From positions 1-43,333 of the IMG/VR virus record IMGVR_UViG_3300020042_006880: DNA of 43,333 bases; one strand, given 5' to 3'. Below the pieces are notes generated by a model. That model searched no databases, was not told the DNA's origin, and saw only the letters and a program-made list of their open reading frames with translations. The number at the start of each line of letters is the position of its first letter. The stretch's first letter is position 1. Shown in pieces: positions 1 through 7,938 of the stretch. Both the position numbers and the translations under genes were made by a program. Source of the stretch: a virus. Its lineage: Duplodnaviria > Caudoviricetes.

Positions 1-262
1 TGCACAACAGCGGCGACGAATATAGCGAACGCGAAATTAACGACATGACATATGAGATCGTTGTCACCGCGATAGCAGGAACATTGTACGATAAAGGCCC
101 ACGCCTTGATGATCGTGGTGACAACTTGGATGGGAACTGAGTGGTGATAAACTTATTGCTCCTGACAGTTGGTTGCTCGTTAATCGGGATGGAAACTAGT
201 TTTCAAATAGGAATAGGGATATTTATCGTTGCCACTGCTATCGTTGCTGAATTGGATAAATA

Positions 263-763
263 ATGGTTGTCATCGACGATGTAGCAGAGATGACAAAAGA
301 AATGTGGGCATATCTTGATACAGTTGTGAAAGGGAAAGTGATGGATATCGTTGATGACTTGAGAAAAGACCCATACGAGGAAGAGCGGCAATACAAGAGA
401 GAAGCGCGTCTTGAGTTGGGTAACATGTTGGATAAAGCCGCCGACGAGATTGAGCAGTTGCGAAATGCGATAAAAGTGCAAGCCAATGCTGTGCGGGTAC
501 TTCATGAGGCTGAAACGTCTGAGTTAAATCTCTTACGGAAAAACGCGCAAGAAGCATATACCGCCAAAGCGACATTAGACAGCGAGCGTGAGGCCAATAA
601 GATACTGACCGACGAGATCGAGCGGTTGCGAGGAGTCTTGCAACAGATAACTGAACTCAGCCCATTCAAATCTAATACGGGTAACGCTTCTATTCAGTAC
701 ATCACTCAAATGTTGGTTAAAATGACAGCGTTGGCCCATGAGGCACTGAAGGAGAAAGAGTGA
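263..763 (+). CDS. hypothetical coiled-coil phage protein
   Basis: 166-aa ORF, heptad-like 'AADEIEQLR' and 'DEIERLR' segments, coupled to next ORF. Confidence 0.75.
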   Translation: MVVIDDVAEMTKEMWAYLDTVVKGKVMDIVDDLRKDPYEEERQYKREARLELGNMLDKAADEIEQLRNAIKVQANAVRVLHEAETSELNLLRKNAQEAYTAKATLDSEREANKILTDEIERLRGVLQQITELSPFKSNTGNASIQYITQMLVKMTALAHEALKEKE

Positions 764-1080
764 TGGATGCTACTGAAAAATTAGCTCAAATGATGATCCG
801 ATGTGGACTGGCAACGGGCCATGGTGACACCATCGACGATTTGATTTTTGAGTTGGAAAAGCAAATCAAGAATACATCGCACGCATTCAGCGATGCACAA
901 AAAGAGATCGATCGGTTATGGATATGGAATGATCGGGTGCAGAACAAGTGGATGTGGATTGAGAGTGCATTGCAATTCATTGCGATGGCAAAGCCGCTTA
1001 GAGGGCAAACGTGGGAAAAACACTCAAACCAAATAAAAGATTACGCTATCAAGGCACTTAAATTTAAGGAACCAGAGTAA
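760..1080 (+). CDS. hypothetical protein
   Basis: RBS AAGGAG, GTGA overlap with previous stop. Confidence 0.75.
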   Translation: MMDATEKLAQMMIRCGLATGHGDTIDDLIFELEKQIKNTSHAFSDAQKEIDRLWIWNDRVQNKWMWIESALQFIAMAKPLRGQTWEKHSNQIKDYAIKALKFKEPE

Positions 1081-1313
1081 TGGAAGATAAAGCATTATTA
1101 GCGGACGGCTTTGCAGAAGCCTTGATTGGTATGGGGCGGCAACATACCCAAGACCTAGCCGTGTACGATTATCTTAGGTGCGTTGAAATACTAATGGAAC
1201 GTGACGGTATGGACTACACCGAGGCCTGTGAGTACATGGAATACAATGTAATAGGGGCATGGGTCGGTAAAGGAACACCCGTGTTTATTGACGCATTTAA
1301 GGAGGAAGAGTAA
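1080..1313 (+). CDS. conserved small acidic phage protein
   Basis: TAATG coupling; 'LLADGF..ALIG...EA.EY.EYN..GAWVG..TPVF' pattern typical of environmental phages. Confidence 0.8.
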   Translation: MEDKALLADGFAEALIGMGRQHTQDLAVYDYLRCVEILMERDGMDYTEACEYMEYNVIGAWVGKGTPVFIDAFKEEE

Positions 1314-1322
1314 TTGAGGCAC

Positions 1323-1487
1323 ATGTTAAAGATGGCAGCAAAAGCCAACACACGGAAGTCCATTGTGAACAAGCACAGGGAGTTTGTTTTAGAGAAAAAA
1401 CTGCTTGCTCGTAAAACTGTCATAAGCCCCAATGGGGTAACATTACCGTACCTGAGGTGCTTGGACAATGAACACAGAACTACTTGA
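1323..1487 (+). CDS. small basic hypothetical protein (54 aa)
   Basis: GAGG RBS, ATG 1323 to TGA 1487, read manually. Confidence 0.5.
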   Translation: MLKMAAKANTRKSIVNKHREFVLEKKLLARKTVISPNGVTLPYLRCLDNEHRTT

Positions 1488-1555
1488 GCAAGGCGCGTGG
1501 TGCCTTATCCTTTTATTCGTTGGGTACATATTAGTAAGTGGAGTGGTGATTCAAC

Positions 1556-1741
1556 ATGATACACGGAAAAGAAATAAAGAAAAACGAAGGCTTAGAGGAA
1601 GAAGTTAAAGCGTACTTTATACCGAAGAGCGGCGGCTTGTACGCGATAACAGTAAAAGGCAGAAAGGTTTTGGTACATGAAAAACGGGCGCTCTATAAAC
1701 GCAGGAAAAAGAATACAGGCACTGTATCCGTGGCCCTGTGA
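1556..1741 (+). CDS. hypothetical protein
   Basis: 61-aa ORF in the early gene run. Confidence 0.5.
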   Translation: MIHGKEIKKNEGLEEEVKAYFIPKSGGLYAITVKGRKVLVHEKRALYKRRKKNTGTVSVAL

Positions 1742-1865
1742 CCACTGCGATAACCATACGATTTGCATTAGCACCGATACAGAAGGTGAAGCTGTTTGTG
1801 AACCTTGCCTACAAAAATTCCTTATCGTTGTTAAGGAAAAGATACGCGAGCAAGATAACAAATAG
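1677..1865 (+). CDS. small putative zinc-binding protein
   Basis: two CxxC pairs (CDHC, CEPC); start uncertain. Confidence 0.5.
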   Translation: MKNGRSINAGKRIQALYPWPCDHCDNHTICISTDTEGEAVCEPCLQKFLIVVKEKIREQDNK

Positions 1866-1866
1866 G

Positions 1867-1894
1867 TTGTCTTAGGGGCATCACCCCTTATTAT
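1867..1894 (+). promoter_or_regulatory. sigma70-like promoter, phage TTGTC(A/T)-N16 family
   Basis: TTGTCT-N16-TATTAT. Confidence 0.7.
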
Positions 1895-1933
1895 AAGTAT
1901 TGTTAAACACACTTTCGCAGAAAGGGAAGTACA

Positions 1934-2116
1934 ATGATAGTATTGACGCGTCAGCAGCGGGTGGCATTAAAACGCCTTTATGACCGTATCGACACGGGTA
2001 AACCTGTCACTTACAAAGAGTTCAGGCTTAGTGTTTCCAAGGGTTGGGACTGCGTCATGGTCTATTGGTGCGGTATGTGGGTAGGCATTGAAACCGACGG
2101 GTACACTCACACATGA
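1934..2116 (+). CDS. conserved small phage protein
   Basis: GAAAGGGA RBS; C-terminal 'WCGMWVGIETDGYTHT'. Confidence 0.8.
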   Translation: MIVLTRQQRVALKRLYDRIDTGKPVTYKEFRLSVSKGWDCVMVYWCGMWVGIETDGYTHT

Positions 2117-2171
2117 TGTTGGTTTATTTCACCATAGCTTTTATCTTAATGTTAACACTAATAAAGGACCG

Positions 2172-2540
2172 ATGACCATGGACGACCGTTTGAATTCCCT
2201 GCTTGATTTGGTGCGTACCTCGCAAGCAAAGCAGCGTGAAATAGGACTGCTGCAAACTGAAATCATGCTTGAAGTTGTAAGTGTGCTGCGCGAACTTGAA
2301 AAACCTATCAGCAGTTTGAACACTTATATAGATGATACCATTGATGACAAGATTTCTAGTAAAAACATGGATAACATTACTGACTACATCGACGACAAGG
2401 TTGAGCGTATGCTTTTGGACGCCAACCACTATGTAGATACATGTTTGGAAGGGTTGGAAATACCATCGCCCTATGACATTGAAAATAAATTCAATGAGTT
2501 GTTTGAAGAGTTGACATTTGAGGTCAATGTAGTCAGGTAA
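2172..2540 (+). CDS. acidic hypothetical protein
   Basis: AAAGGA RBS before ATG 2172/2178; Asp/Glu-rich C-half. Confidence 0.75.
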   Translation: MTMDDRLNSLLDLVRTSQAKQREIGLLQTEIMLEVVSVLRELEKPISSLNTYIDDTIDDKISSKNMDNITDYIDDKVERMLLDANHYVDTCLEGLEIPSPYDIENKFNELFEELTFEVNVVR

Positions 2541-2579
2541 TAAAAATCCCCCTGTAGAATGGAGTAACCACAGGGGGAT
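2541..2579 (-). terminator. intrinsic terminator (U-tract on minus strand, possibly bidirectional)
   Basis: ATCCCCCTGT/ACAGGGGGAT 10-bp stem with A5 on its left. Confidence 0.7.
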
Positions 2580-2598
2580 AGTTGTCCTTGGGAGGAAG
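2541..2598 (-). ncRNA. candidate ~55-nt small RNA
   Basis: minus-strand TTGTCA(2632-2627)-N17-TAAAGT(2609-2604) promoter followed directly by terminator. Confidence 0.45.
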
Positions 2599-2656
2599 TG
2601 ATGACTTTACCCTTGTTTGAAGTTTTTGACAACCCCGAGCAATTAACATGCCGCAT

Positions 2657-2684
2657 TTGTCATCTAGGCCTCACCCTTTATTAT
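2657..2684 (+). promoter_or_regulatory. sigma70-like promoter
   Basis: TTGTCA-N16-TATTAT; near-identical to 2924-2951. Confidence 0.75.
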
Positions 2685-2712
2685 ATAAAAAGTAATGGTT
2701 ATGGAGGGCAAT

Positions 2713-2934
2713 ATGGATACTCAATATACAGCAGCGTCAGAGCAATCAAAATTCCACGTTTCTGGGTTTAGAGCAAAGGTTGTAAATGGTGAGGGTAAGG
2801 TTTCTTATCTAAGCCAAGAATCGTGGCTAAACCCTGACGATGCAAAATCCCACGCGCAAGGCTACATTGAATTCTTAAAACAAGGCAAAGACCCTTTGCG
2901 GCACATTAGACCAAAAGGGTACATTGTCATCTAG
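2713..2934 (+). CDS. hypothetical protein
   Basis: GGAGG RBS before ATG 2713. Confidence 0.75.
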   Translation: MDTQYTAASEQSKFHVSGFRAKVVNGEGKVSYLSQESWLNPDDAKSHAQGYIEFLKQGKDPLRHIRPKGYIVI

Positions 2935-2951
2935 GCCTCAGCCTTTATTAT
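2924..2951 (+). promoter_or_regulatory. sigma70-like promoter
   Basis: TTGTCA-N16-TATTAT. Confidence 0.75.
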
Positions 2952-2985
2952 ATAAATATGGCACTTAACGAGAAAGGAGTTAGCC

Positions 2986-3231
2986 ATGACCGAACAAGAG
3001 TTTATTATTCATCTTAAAGTTTTACGCGCACATTGGCACGACATGACCGATTGGTTCCATGAAGCAGCGGGTGAGTGCATGGCTTCCTTTAAGGAAGATT
3101 ACATGGCGTACAAAGAGGGGGGTTCCCCGCCTGATTGGGCAAGTTACGCCGAAGAGTTTAATGAATACCTGCGTGAGGACGGTATGCCTAACCTTTTCCC
3201 AACTGTGGAGGAATGCAATGTACACTCGTGA
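2986..3231 (+). CDS. small acidic hypothetical protein
   Basis: AAAGGAG RBS; strongly acidic. Confidence 0.8.
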   Translation: MTEQEFIIHLKVLRAHWHDMTDWFHEAAGECMASFKEDYMAYKEGGSPPDWASYAEEFNEYLREDGMPNLFPTVEECNVHS

Positions 3232-3730
3232 GCAGATTAATGCAGCTTTGACAAAGGTCAAAGAACAATTAAACACAGAGGAAATTGTACATGGCAAGGC
3301 ACATGAATTCTTAGACCCCGAAGTCGAGGAATACATTTTTAACATGAACCAAATCCTTGTGTTCAATTCAAATGAATACAGTAGTAAAAAGAGCCATGCT
3401 TGCAGTACTACAGGATGTATCGGTGGATGGTTGTTTACCGAATTAAGAAACAACAGTAAGCAGTGGAATCTGACAACTTTTCACGATAAACTGGGTGTGG
3501 AAGATGAAGCACGGAAGTTTATCAGGTGGGCTAGTGATACAGACCCTGTGTTAAAAACTCTGTTTTACCCGCCTGAGGGCATCGATTACGACCATATTAG
3601 TAATGACGATGCTGTGCGCGCAATTGATAGTTACCTGAACACAGGAAGCGTTGATTGGTATGCGTTGTTGGGTCTTGTAGAAGGTGTTGATTATATCAAT
3701 GCAGAAACCGACGAGGACCACCCCTATTAA
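3218..3730 (+). CDS. hypothetical early protein (CxTxxCIxGW motif)
   Basis: GGAGG RBS before ATG 3218; 'CSTTGCIGGW' and 'LFYP'. Confidence 0.8.
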   Translation: MYTREQINAALTKVKEQLNTEEIVHGKAHEFLDPEVEEYIFNMNQILVFNSNEYSSKKSHACSTTGCIGGWLFTELRNNSKQWNLTTFHDKLGVEDEARKFIRWASDTDPVLKTLFYPPEGIDYDHISNDDAVRAIDSYLNTGSVDWYALLGLVEGVDYINAETDEDHPY

Positions 3731-3747
3731 ATTGCAATAGGGCAGGT

Positions 3748-3775
3748 TTGTCATCTAAGCATCCTGCCCTATACT
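3748..3775 (+). promoter_or_regulatory. sigma70-like promoter inside an inverted repeat
   Basis: TTGTCA-N16-TATACT, enclosed by ATAGGGCAGG/CCTGCCCTAT. Confidence 0.75.
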
Positions 3776-3809
3776 TTAACTATGGCACTTAGCAAGAAAG
3801 GAGTGCGCC

Positions 3810-4046
3810 ATGAAACAAACGTTTGAATCTACAACTGTGGTTATCCACAGCACACCATTTATCTACTCTCCAGGATTCTTCAAGTGGCTTGAGCAAGGCC
3901 GCAAAGACGGCACTTTGCCTGACCAAAAATTCAACAAGTTTTTGGATAGCTTAGGTGTTCCACGTGAATTTTGGAAACTTATCAAACAAGGCAAGTACGC
4001 CACCCGCACTGAGGGTGAAGAATTGCACCTTGAATTCAACAAGTAG
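3810..4046 (+). CDS. hypothetical protein
   Basis: AAAGGAG RBS. Confidence 0.8.
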   Translation: MKQTFESTTVVIHSTPFIYSPGFFKWLEQGRKDGTLPDQKFNKFLDSLGVPREFWKLIKQGKYATRTEGEELHLEFNK

Positions 4047-4055
4047 GAGGTAGCT

Positions 4056-4499
4056 ATGTTAGCACAAGAAATCTACGATACCGTAGTCAAACACTTATTT
4101 GAGCAGGGAAAACCCGCTTTTGGATATTATAGCGAAGAAAAAACCGTTGGTGAGTCAGGTTGCGCGTATCGCACTGGCGAACTCAAATGCGCGGTAGGAT
4201 GCCTTATCCCCGACGACGTTTATAAACGTGATATGGAAAATCAGAGTGTTAAAAGCCTCGTGGATTATTCGGAGTTCAAGGTGCCCTCCTACTTTGAGGA
4301 CCACATTCCGTTGCTCAACAAACTGCAAACGGTACACGACAGCCCTCGGAACTGGGAACACGATAATCCTGAAAAAGGATGGAACTACGCTGCATTGGCA
4401 GAGGGTCTCCTTGAGGTCGCTTATCAATTCAGCCTTATGCCCAATATTCTAACACGTGAACTCATTACGCAAATTCGTATACCCACAAAGGAGGCTTGA
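4056..4499 (+). CDS. early protein, paralog of 5350-5742
   Basis: AGGAGG RBS; CAYR...KCAVG.LIPDDVY...LQ.VHD motifs. Confidence 0.85.
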   Translation: MLAQEIYDTVVKHLFEQGKPAFGYYSEEKTVGESGCAYRTGELKCAVGCLIPDDVYKRDMENQSVKSLVDYSEFKVPSYFEDHIPLLNKLQTVHDSPRNWEHDNPEKGWNYAALAEGLLEVAYQFSLMPNILTRELITQIRIPTKEA

Positions 4500-4500
4500 T

Positions 4501-4905
4501 ATGGGTTTAGATATGTATGTGCATCGGGTGAAGGCTAAGTATTTGGAAGACCAACCCGATGTCGGTATGCACAAGGAGACCATCGGGCATTTGTTTGACG
4601 ATGGTAAAGTTAATGAACTCTGGTATTGGCGCAAGCACCATGATCTCCATGGTTGGATGCACCGACTGTACCTTGGCAAAGGCGGCGAGGGCGACTTCAA
4701 CTGTGCATATATGCGCTTGACAGCGGAGGACGTAGCGTTGCTGCGCGTAGCCGTGACAAACGGGACATTGCCACCTACCAAAGGATTCTTTTTTGGTGAC
4801 AATCCCCCAGACGATAGCACCAAGGTTGATGATTTGCGGTTCTGTGATGCCGCAAAGGAGGCTTTAGAAGCGGGGGACACTATACTTTATTTCGCGTGGT
4901 GGTAG
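4501..4905 (+). CDS. conserved phage protein (MGLDMY...YWRK family)
   Basis: AGGAGG RBS; MGLDMY, YWRK..LHGW, GFFFG, C-terminal Y.AWW. Confidence 0.85.
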   Translation: MGLDMYVHRVKAKYLEDQPDVGMHKETIGHLFDDGKVNELWYWRKHHDLHGWMHRLYLGKGGEGDFNCAYMRLTAEDVALLRVAVTNGTLPPTKGFFFGDNPPDDSTKVDDLRFCDAAKEALEAGDTILYFAWW

Positions 4906-4913
4906 GAGGTTAT

Positions 4914-5108
4914 ATGCTTGACAGAAATCCAAACGGAAGATTTTATATTCTAGGAAATGGTGACAAGGTGAATATTCTACTTGGAATGCACAAAGGGAAA
5001 TCTGGCATTGTGACACGGATAGCCAGTAGCCGGATAACAGTACGCCTAGATACCAAGCCGATTGTCACGGCGGCTTTCCCACCCGACTGGTTAGACAAAG
5101 CACGTTAG
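4914..5108 (+). CDS. small KOW/SH3-like protein
   Basis: AGGAGG RBS; 'GDKVNILLGMHKGKSGIV' KOW-like motif. Confidence 0.7.
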   Translation: MLDRNPNGRFYILGNGDKVNILLGMHKGKSGIVTRIASSRITVRLDTKPIVTAAFPPDWLDKAR

Positions 5109-5130
5109 ACTTGATTTTACACATAAGACC

Positions 5131-5164
5131 AAACGGGCACTAGCGATGGTGCCCGTTTTATTTT
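5131..5164 (+). terminator. intrinsic terminator
   Basis: AAACGGGCAC/GTGCCCGTTT stem followed by T-rich tail. Confidence 0.85.
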
Positions 5165-5284
5165 GACTGACGTTAACGGGGCGCAGGGGAGGCCCGTGGG
5201 ACGGGTTGAGGCGTGGGGTTGGTGCTAGGGTAGCTAACCACCAACAAGGGGATCGTACGGGCTCCTACACATCGGGGCAACACG

Positions 5285-5312
5285 TTGTCATCCACACGTC
5301 ACCCATTAATAT
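5285..5312 (+). promoter_or_regulatory. sigma70-like promoter
   Basis: TTGTCA-N16-TAATAT. Confidence 0.7.
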
Positions 5313-5349
5313 GTAATTGTGCGTAGGGCACAGAAACAAGGAGTTAGCC

Positions 5350-5742
5350 ATGGAACAGCAGGAAGTGTTCGACATTGTTGTTAAACATCTGTTTACACAA
5401 CGACGTCAAAGTATGACAGGCGGTTATTGTGCATATAGGGGCGCCGAGGGTACGAAATGTGCCGTTGGTGTTTTAATCCCCGACGATGTGTACGCTGAAG
5501 ATATGGAAGAAAAGTGCGTAGATGAGTTGCGGCACCAATACCATGCCGTCTTACCGCAGTTTATAACGGACCACAGCAGTTTGCTACTATCCTTACAAAA
5601 CGTCCATGACCATTACATGTTGACGTTAGACGAAGCCGAGGTATTTAGTCCGCATCGGTTATGGAAACAGCTTGCGTATGTAGCCTCCGCTAACGGGTTA
5701 GACACAGTCCTGTTGGGCACATACAAGCCGGAGGGCATGTGA
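5350..5742 (+). CDS. early protein, paralog of 4056-4499
   Basis: AAGGAG RBS; same Cys/His motifs. Confidence 0.85.
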   Translation: MEQQEVFDIVVKHLFTQRRQSMTGGYCAYRGAEGTKCAVGVLIPDDVYAEDMEEKCVDELRHQYHAVLPQFITDHSSLLLSLQNVHDHYMLTLDEAEVFSPHRLWKQLAYVASANGLDTVLLGTYKPEGM

Positions 5743-5924
5743 TGATTGAAATTAAAAACGAGGGCGACGGCACCTATACCATTCTACGGGGCGGCGCAGC
5801 CCTCGCATGGGTTTCGTATTCCACGCTACATAAAAAGTGGAGGCTCTACAAAGTGACAGGTCATGTACGCTTTTTTAGCAGTCTACAAACAGTAATGTCA
5901 GCCGCATACACAGGCGACATTTGA
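5739..5924 (+). CDS. hypothetical protein
   Basis: GGAGG RBS, overlaps previous stop. Confidence 0.7.
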   Translation: MMIEIKNEGDGTYTILRGGAALAWVSYSTLHKKWRLYKVTGHVRFFSSLQTVMSAAYTGDI

Positions 5925-6363
5925 GGGCTTGTATAGTTTGCTCTATAGGAAGTTAATGATATTGGATGTAATCCTTATGGATACTTGATATAGCGCGATA
6001 GGTTGGAAAATCGTCGTTTGAATTATTAAATTAATTCGGTTATATCCGATATCTGATATCTGACAATGAATTCAGTATGTTAGCCGATATCTTTTTTGAT
6101 ATCTGCAATGTTAGGGGTATTACACATAGATATTGTGTGGTTTAGGAGCATGGTCCAAAAAACATGGTTTCCATGGGTAAGATTATTGAGTACAGACCGT
6201 GAACAAATGAACTTATTTTCCCCTCGCGCACGCGTACTCTTGGAAAAAAATGTTGAGGTCGATTTGGAAAAGTCTTCCTATTAAGCAAAGTCCCCGACTG
6301 GAGGGTAGTCAAGCGACCTGAAAGTTGCTAACCTAAATATATACATCACTGGAGAAAGATGGG

Positions 6364-6993
6364 ATGCCAAGAGGACATTACGACAGAGACACCGCTGCCA
6401 AAAAGCGAAGAAAACCGTTTGACGAAATCACCGTCGGTAAGATGAGTGTGGTAGTCAACCCCATGCAGGAAAAGTCGCTGACGTCGCGGCAAGAAAAGTT
6501 TTGCAAACTCTACGCCACTGAAAACTACACACAGACGCAGTGTGTTTTGATGTCAGGATACTCCACGAATATCCGTGCGGCCTATCAACAGGCAAGCAAA
6601 CTGCTTGACGGAAAAAGCTATCCACACGTTGTAGAGCGCATCAGGGAGCTACGACAAGAGCTTGTAGGCCACTATGAGGTTACGTTTGACAACCATGTAC
6701 GACGCATGGCAGAAATCAGGGATGCCGCGTTAGCCTCTGGAAACTTTGCGTCTGCCGTTGCTGCTGAAAAAGCGAGGGGTCAGGCTGCTGGATTGTACAT
6801 TACTCGTCAAGAAATCTTGGTCGGCAAGATTGACCAGATGTCTAAGGACGAAGTCATGGCTGAAATTAATAGAATCATGAGTGAGTACCCTATTTTAATA
6901 GAGGCGACGGCACCTACAATAGACATGGAAGAGTTGAATGAACGAAGCTCAGTTGTGGAACAAGTTAAAGAAAAGCACAGAAAACAGGGTTGA
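6364..6993 (+). CDS. terS: terminase small subunit
   Basis: 'LTSRQEKFCKLY...SGYS...ASKLL...V..RI.EL' HTH, 'AVAAEKARG..AGLY'; upstream of terL. Confidence 0.85.
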   Translation: MPRGHYDRDTAAKKRRKPFDEITVGKMSVVVNPMQEKSLTSRQEKFCKLYATENYTQTQCVLMSGYSTNIRAAYQQASKLLDGKSYPHVVERIRELRQELVGHYEVTFDNHVRRMAEIRDAALASGNFASAVAAEKARGQAAGLYITRQEILVGKIDQMSKDEVMAEINRIMSEYPILIEATAPTIDMEELNERSSVVEQVKEKHRKQG

Positions 6994-7351
6994 TTGGACA
7001 CGTATTGAAGCTCGAGTTGGTGCTGGGATACCCGACGTTAATGGAGTTCTTTGCAATAATGCAAAGCTAGAGTTCTGGTTAGAGCTCAAAATATGCAAAA
7101 CTGCAAGCTATCGTCCACAGAAGTTGTGGAGACCGTCCCAAATCTCTTGGCAAACAAAGAGATCAAAAAAGATGCTCAACGTCTGGAACTTAGTAGGCCA
7201 CCCGTCCTGCTCAGCATATTATTTATATAATGCGGTCAAACTCCAGCGGTTAGTGGAGGAAGGTCCGTTGTCCGTGGAGCCTTGTTTGATGATGGAAAAA
7301 AGATTTGATGACGAGGCCTTGTTGGATTATATATCGTCAAACAGCCGTTGA
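6938..7351 (+). CDS. PD-(D/E)XK nuclease, Holliday junction resolvase/VRR-NUC-like
   Basis: 'E..LW', 'RIE...GAGIPD', 'FWLELK', 'RPSQISW'. Confidence 0.8.
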   Translation: MNEAQLWNKLKKSTENRVDWTRIEARVGAGIPDVNGVLCNNAKLEFWLELKICKTASYRPQKLWRPSQISWQTKRSKKMLNVWNLVGHPSCSAYYLYNAVKLQRLVEEGPLSVEPCLMMEKRFDDEALLDYISSNSR

Positions 7352-7383
7352 CCACTGATAATCTTCCTGTCGTCAAATCATCT

Positions 7384-7415
7384 TCTATTCGTCATCTATT
7401 CGTCATCTATTCGTC
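7384..7415. repeat. 11-bp tandem repeat TCTATTCGTCA x3
   Basis: read directly; another copy near 7899-7908. Confidence 0.9.
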
Positions 7416-7428
7416 GTGGCAGCTATGC

Positions 7429-7456
7429 TTGTCATCCATGGCTCATGTGCCATTAT
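7429..7456 (+). promoter_or_regulatory. sigma70-like promoter
   Basis: TTGTCA-N16-CATTAT. Confidence 0.65.
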
Positions 7457-7492
7457 GTATTTGTGCATAGGGCACACCACAAGGAGTCGACG

Positions 7493-7747
7493 ATGTTAAC
7501 AGCTATACCAACCAACCTCGGGCCGCAGGAAATCACCGCGTTGCTTGCTCAGTGCAAAGCACTTTATCCAGAAAGTTTTAATAGCCATGCACCAATCTCG
7601 GTGGTCAACTTCTCCCATTGGTACAATGGTTTTAAGTACACGGTCAGTGACGACGTTGCCGTGTACAATGTTGCCACCGACAACGGTGCCGCCGAGGTCT
7701 ACGTGTTTGCTTTAGGCGACGACCTAATTGCAGCGTTTGACATCTAA
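7493..7747 (+). CDS. small acidic hypothetical protein, monocistronic
   Basis: AAGGAG RBS, own promoter and hairpin. Confidence 0.8.
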   Translation: MLTAIPTNLGPQEITALLAQCKALYPESFNSHAPISVVNFSHWYNGFKYTVSDDVAVYNVATDNGAAEVYVFALGDDLIAAFDI

Positions 7748-7750
7748 CAA

Positions 7751-7795
7751 CTAACCAAGGCTCTAGGAGCGCAAACCTCTTGGAGCCTTGGTTAG
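7751..7795 (+). terminator. hairpin/terminator
   Basis: 13-bp stem CTAACCAAGGCTC/GAGCCTTGGTTAG; no U-tract. Confidence 0.6.
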
Positions 7796-7849
7796 AGAAT
7801 TAAAATTCCTTGGAGCCTTGGTTGAAGAATTCTAAATTCCTTGGAGCCT
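7779..7849. repeat. 30-31-bp direct repeat, core CTTGGAGCCT x3
   Basis: CTTGGAGCCTTGGTT..AGAATT..AAATTC units read directly. Confidence 0.85.
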
Positions 7850-7938
7850 GACCTCGACGAATTGAATATCTATATGTCCAGTCATCCTCTAATCATCATC
7901 TATTCGTCGCCAAGTCTATCCTCTTTTCCAAATCCACC

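Noticed and set aside
6096-6284. 62-aa ORF
   Set aside because: Weak start, no RBS, and it lies in a motif-rich region better explained as non-coding.
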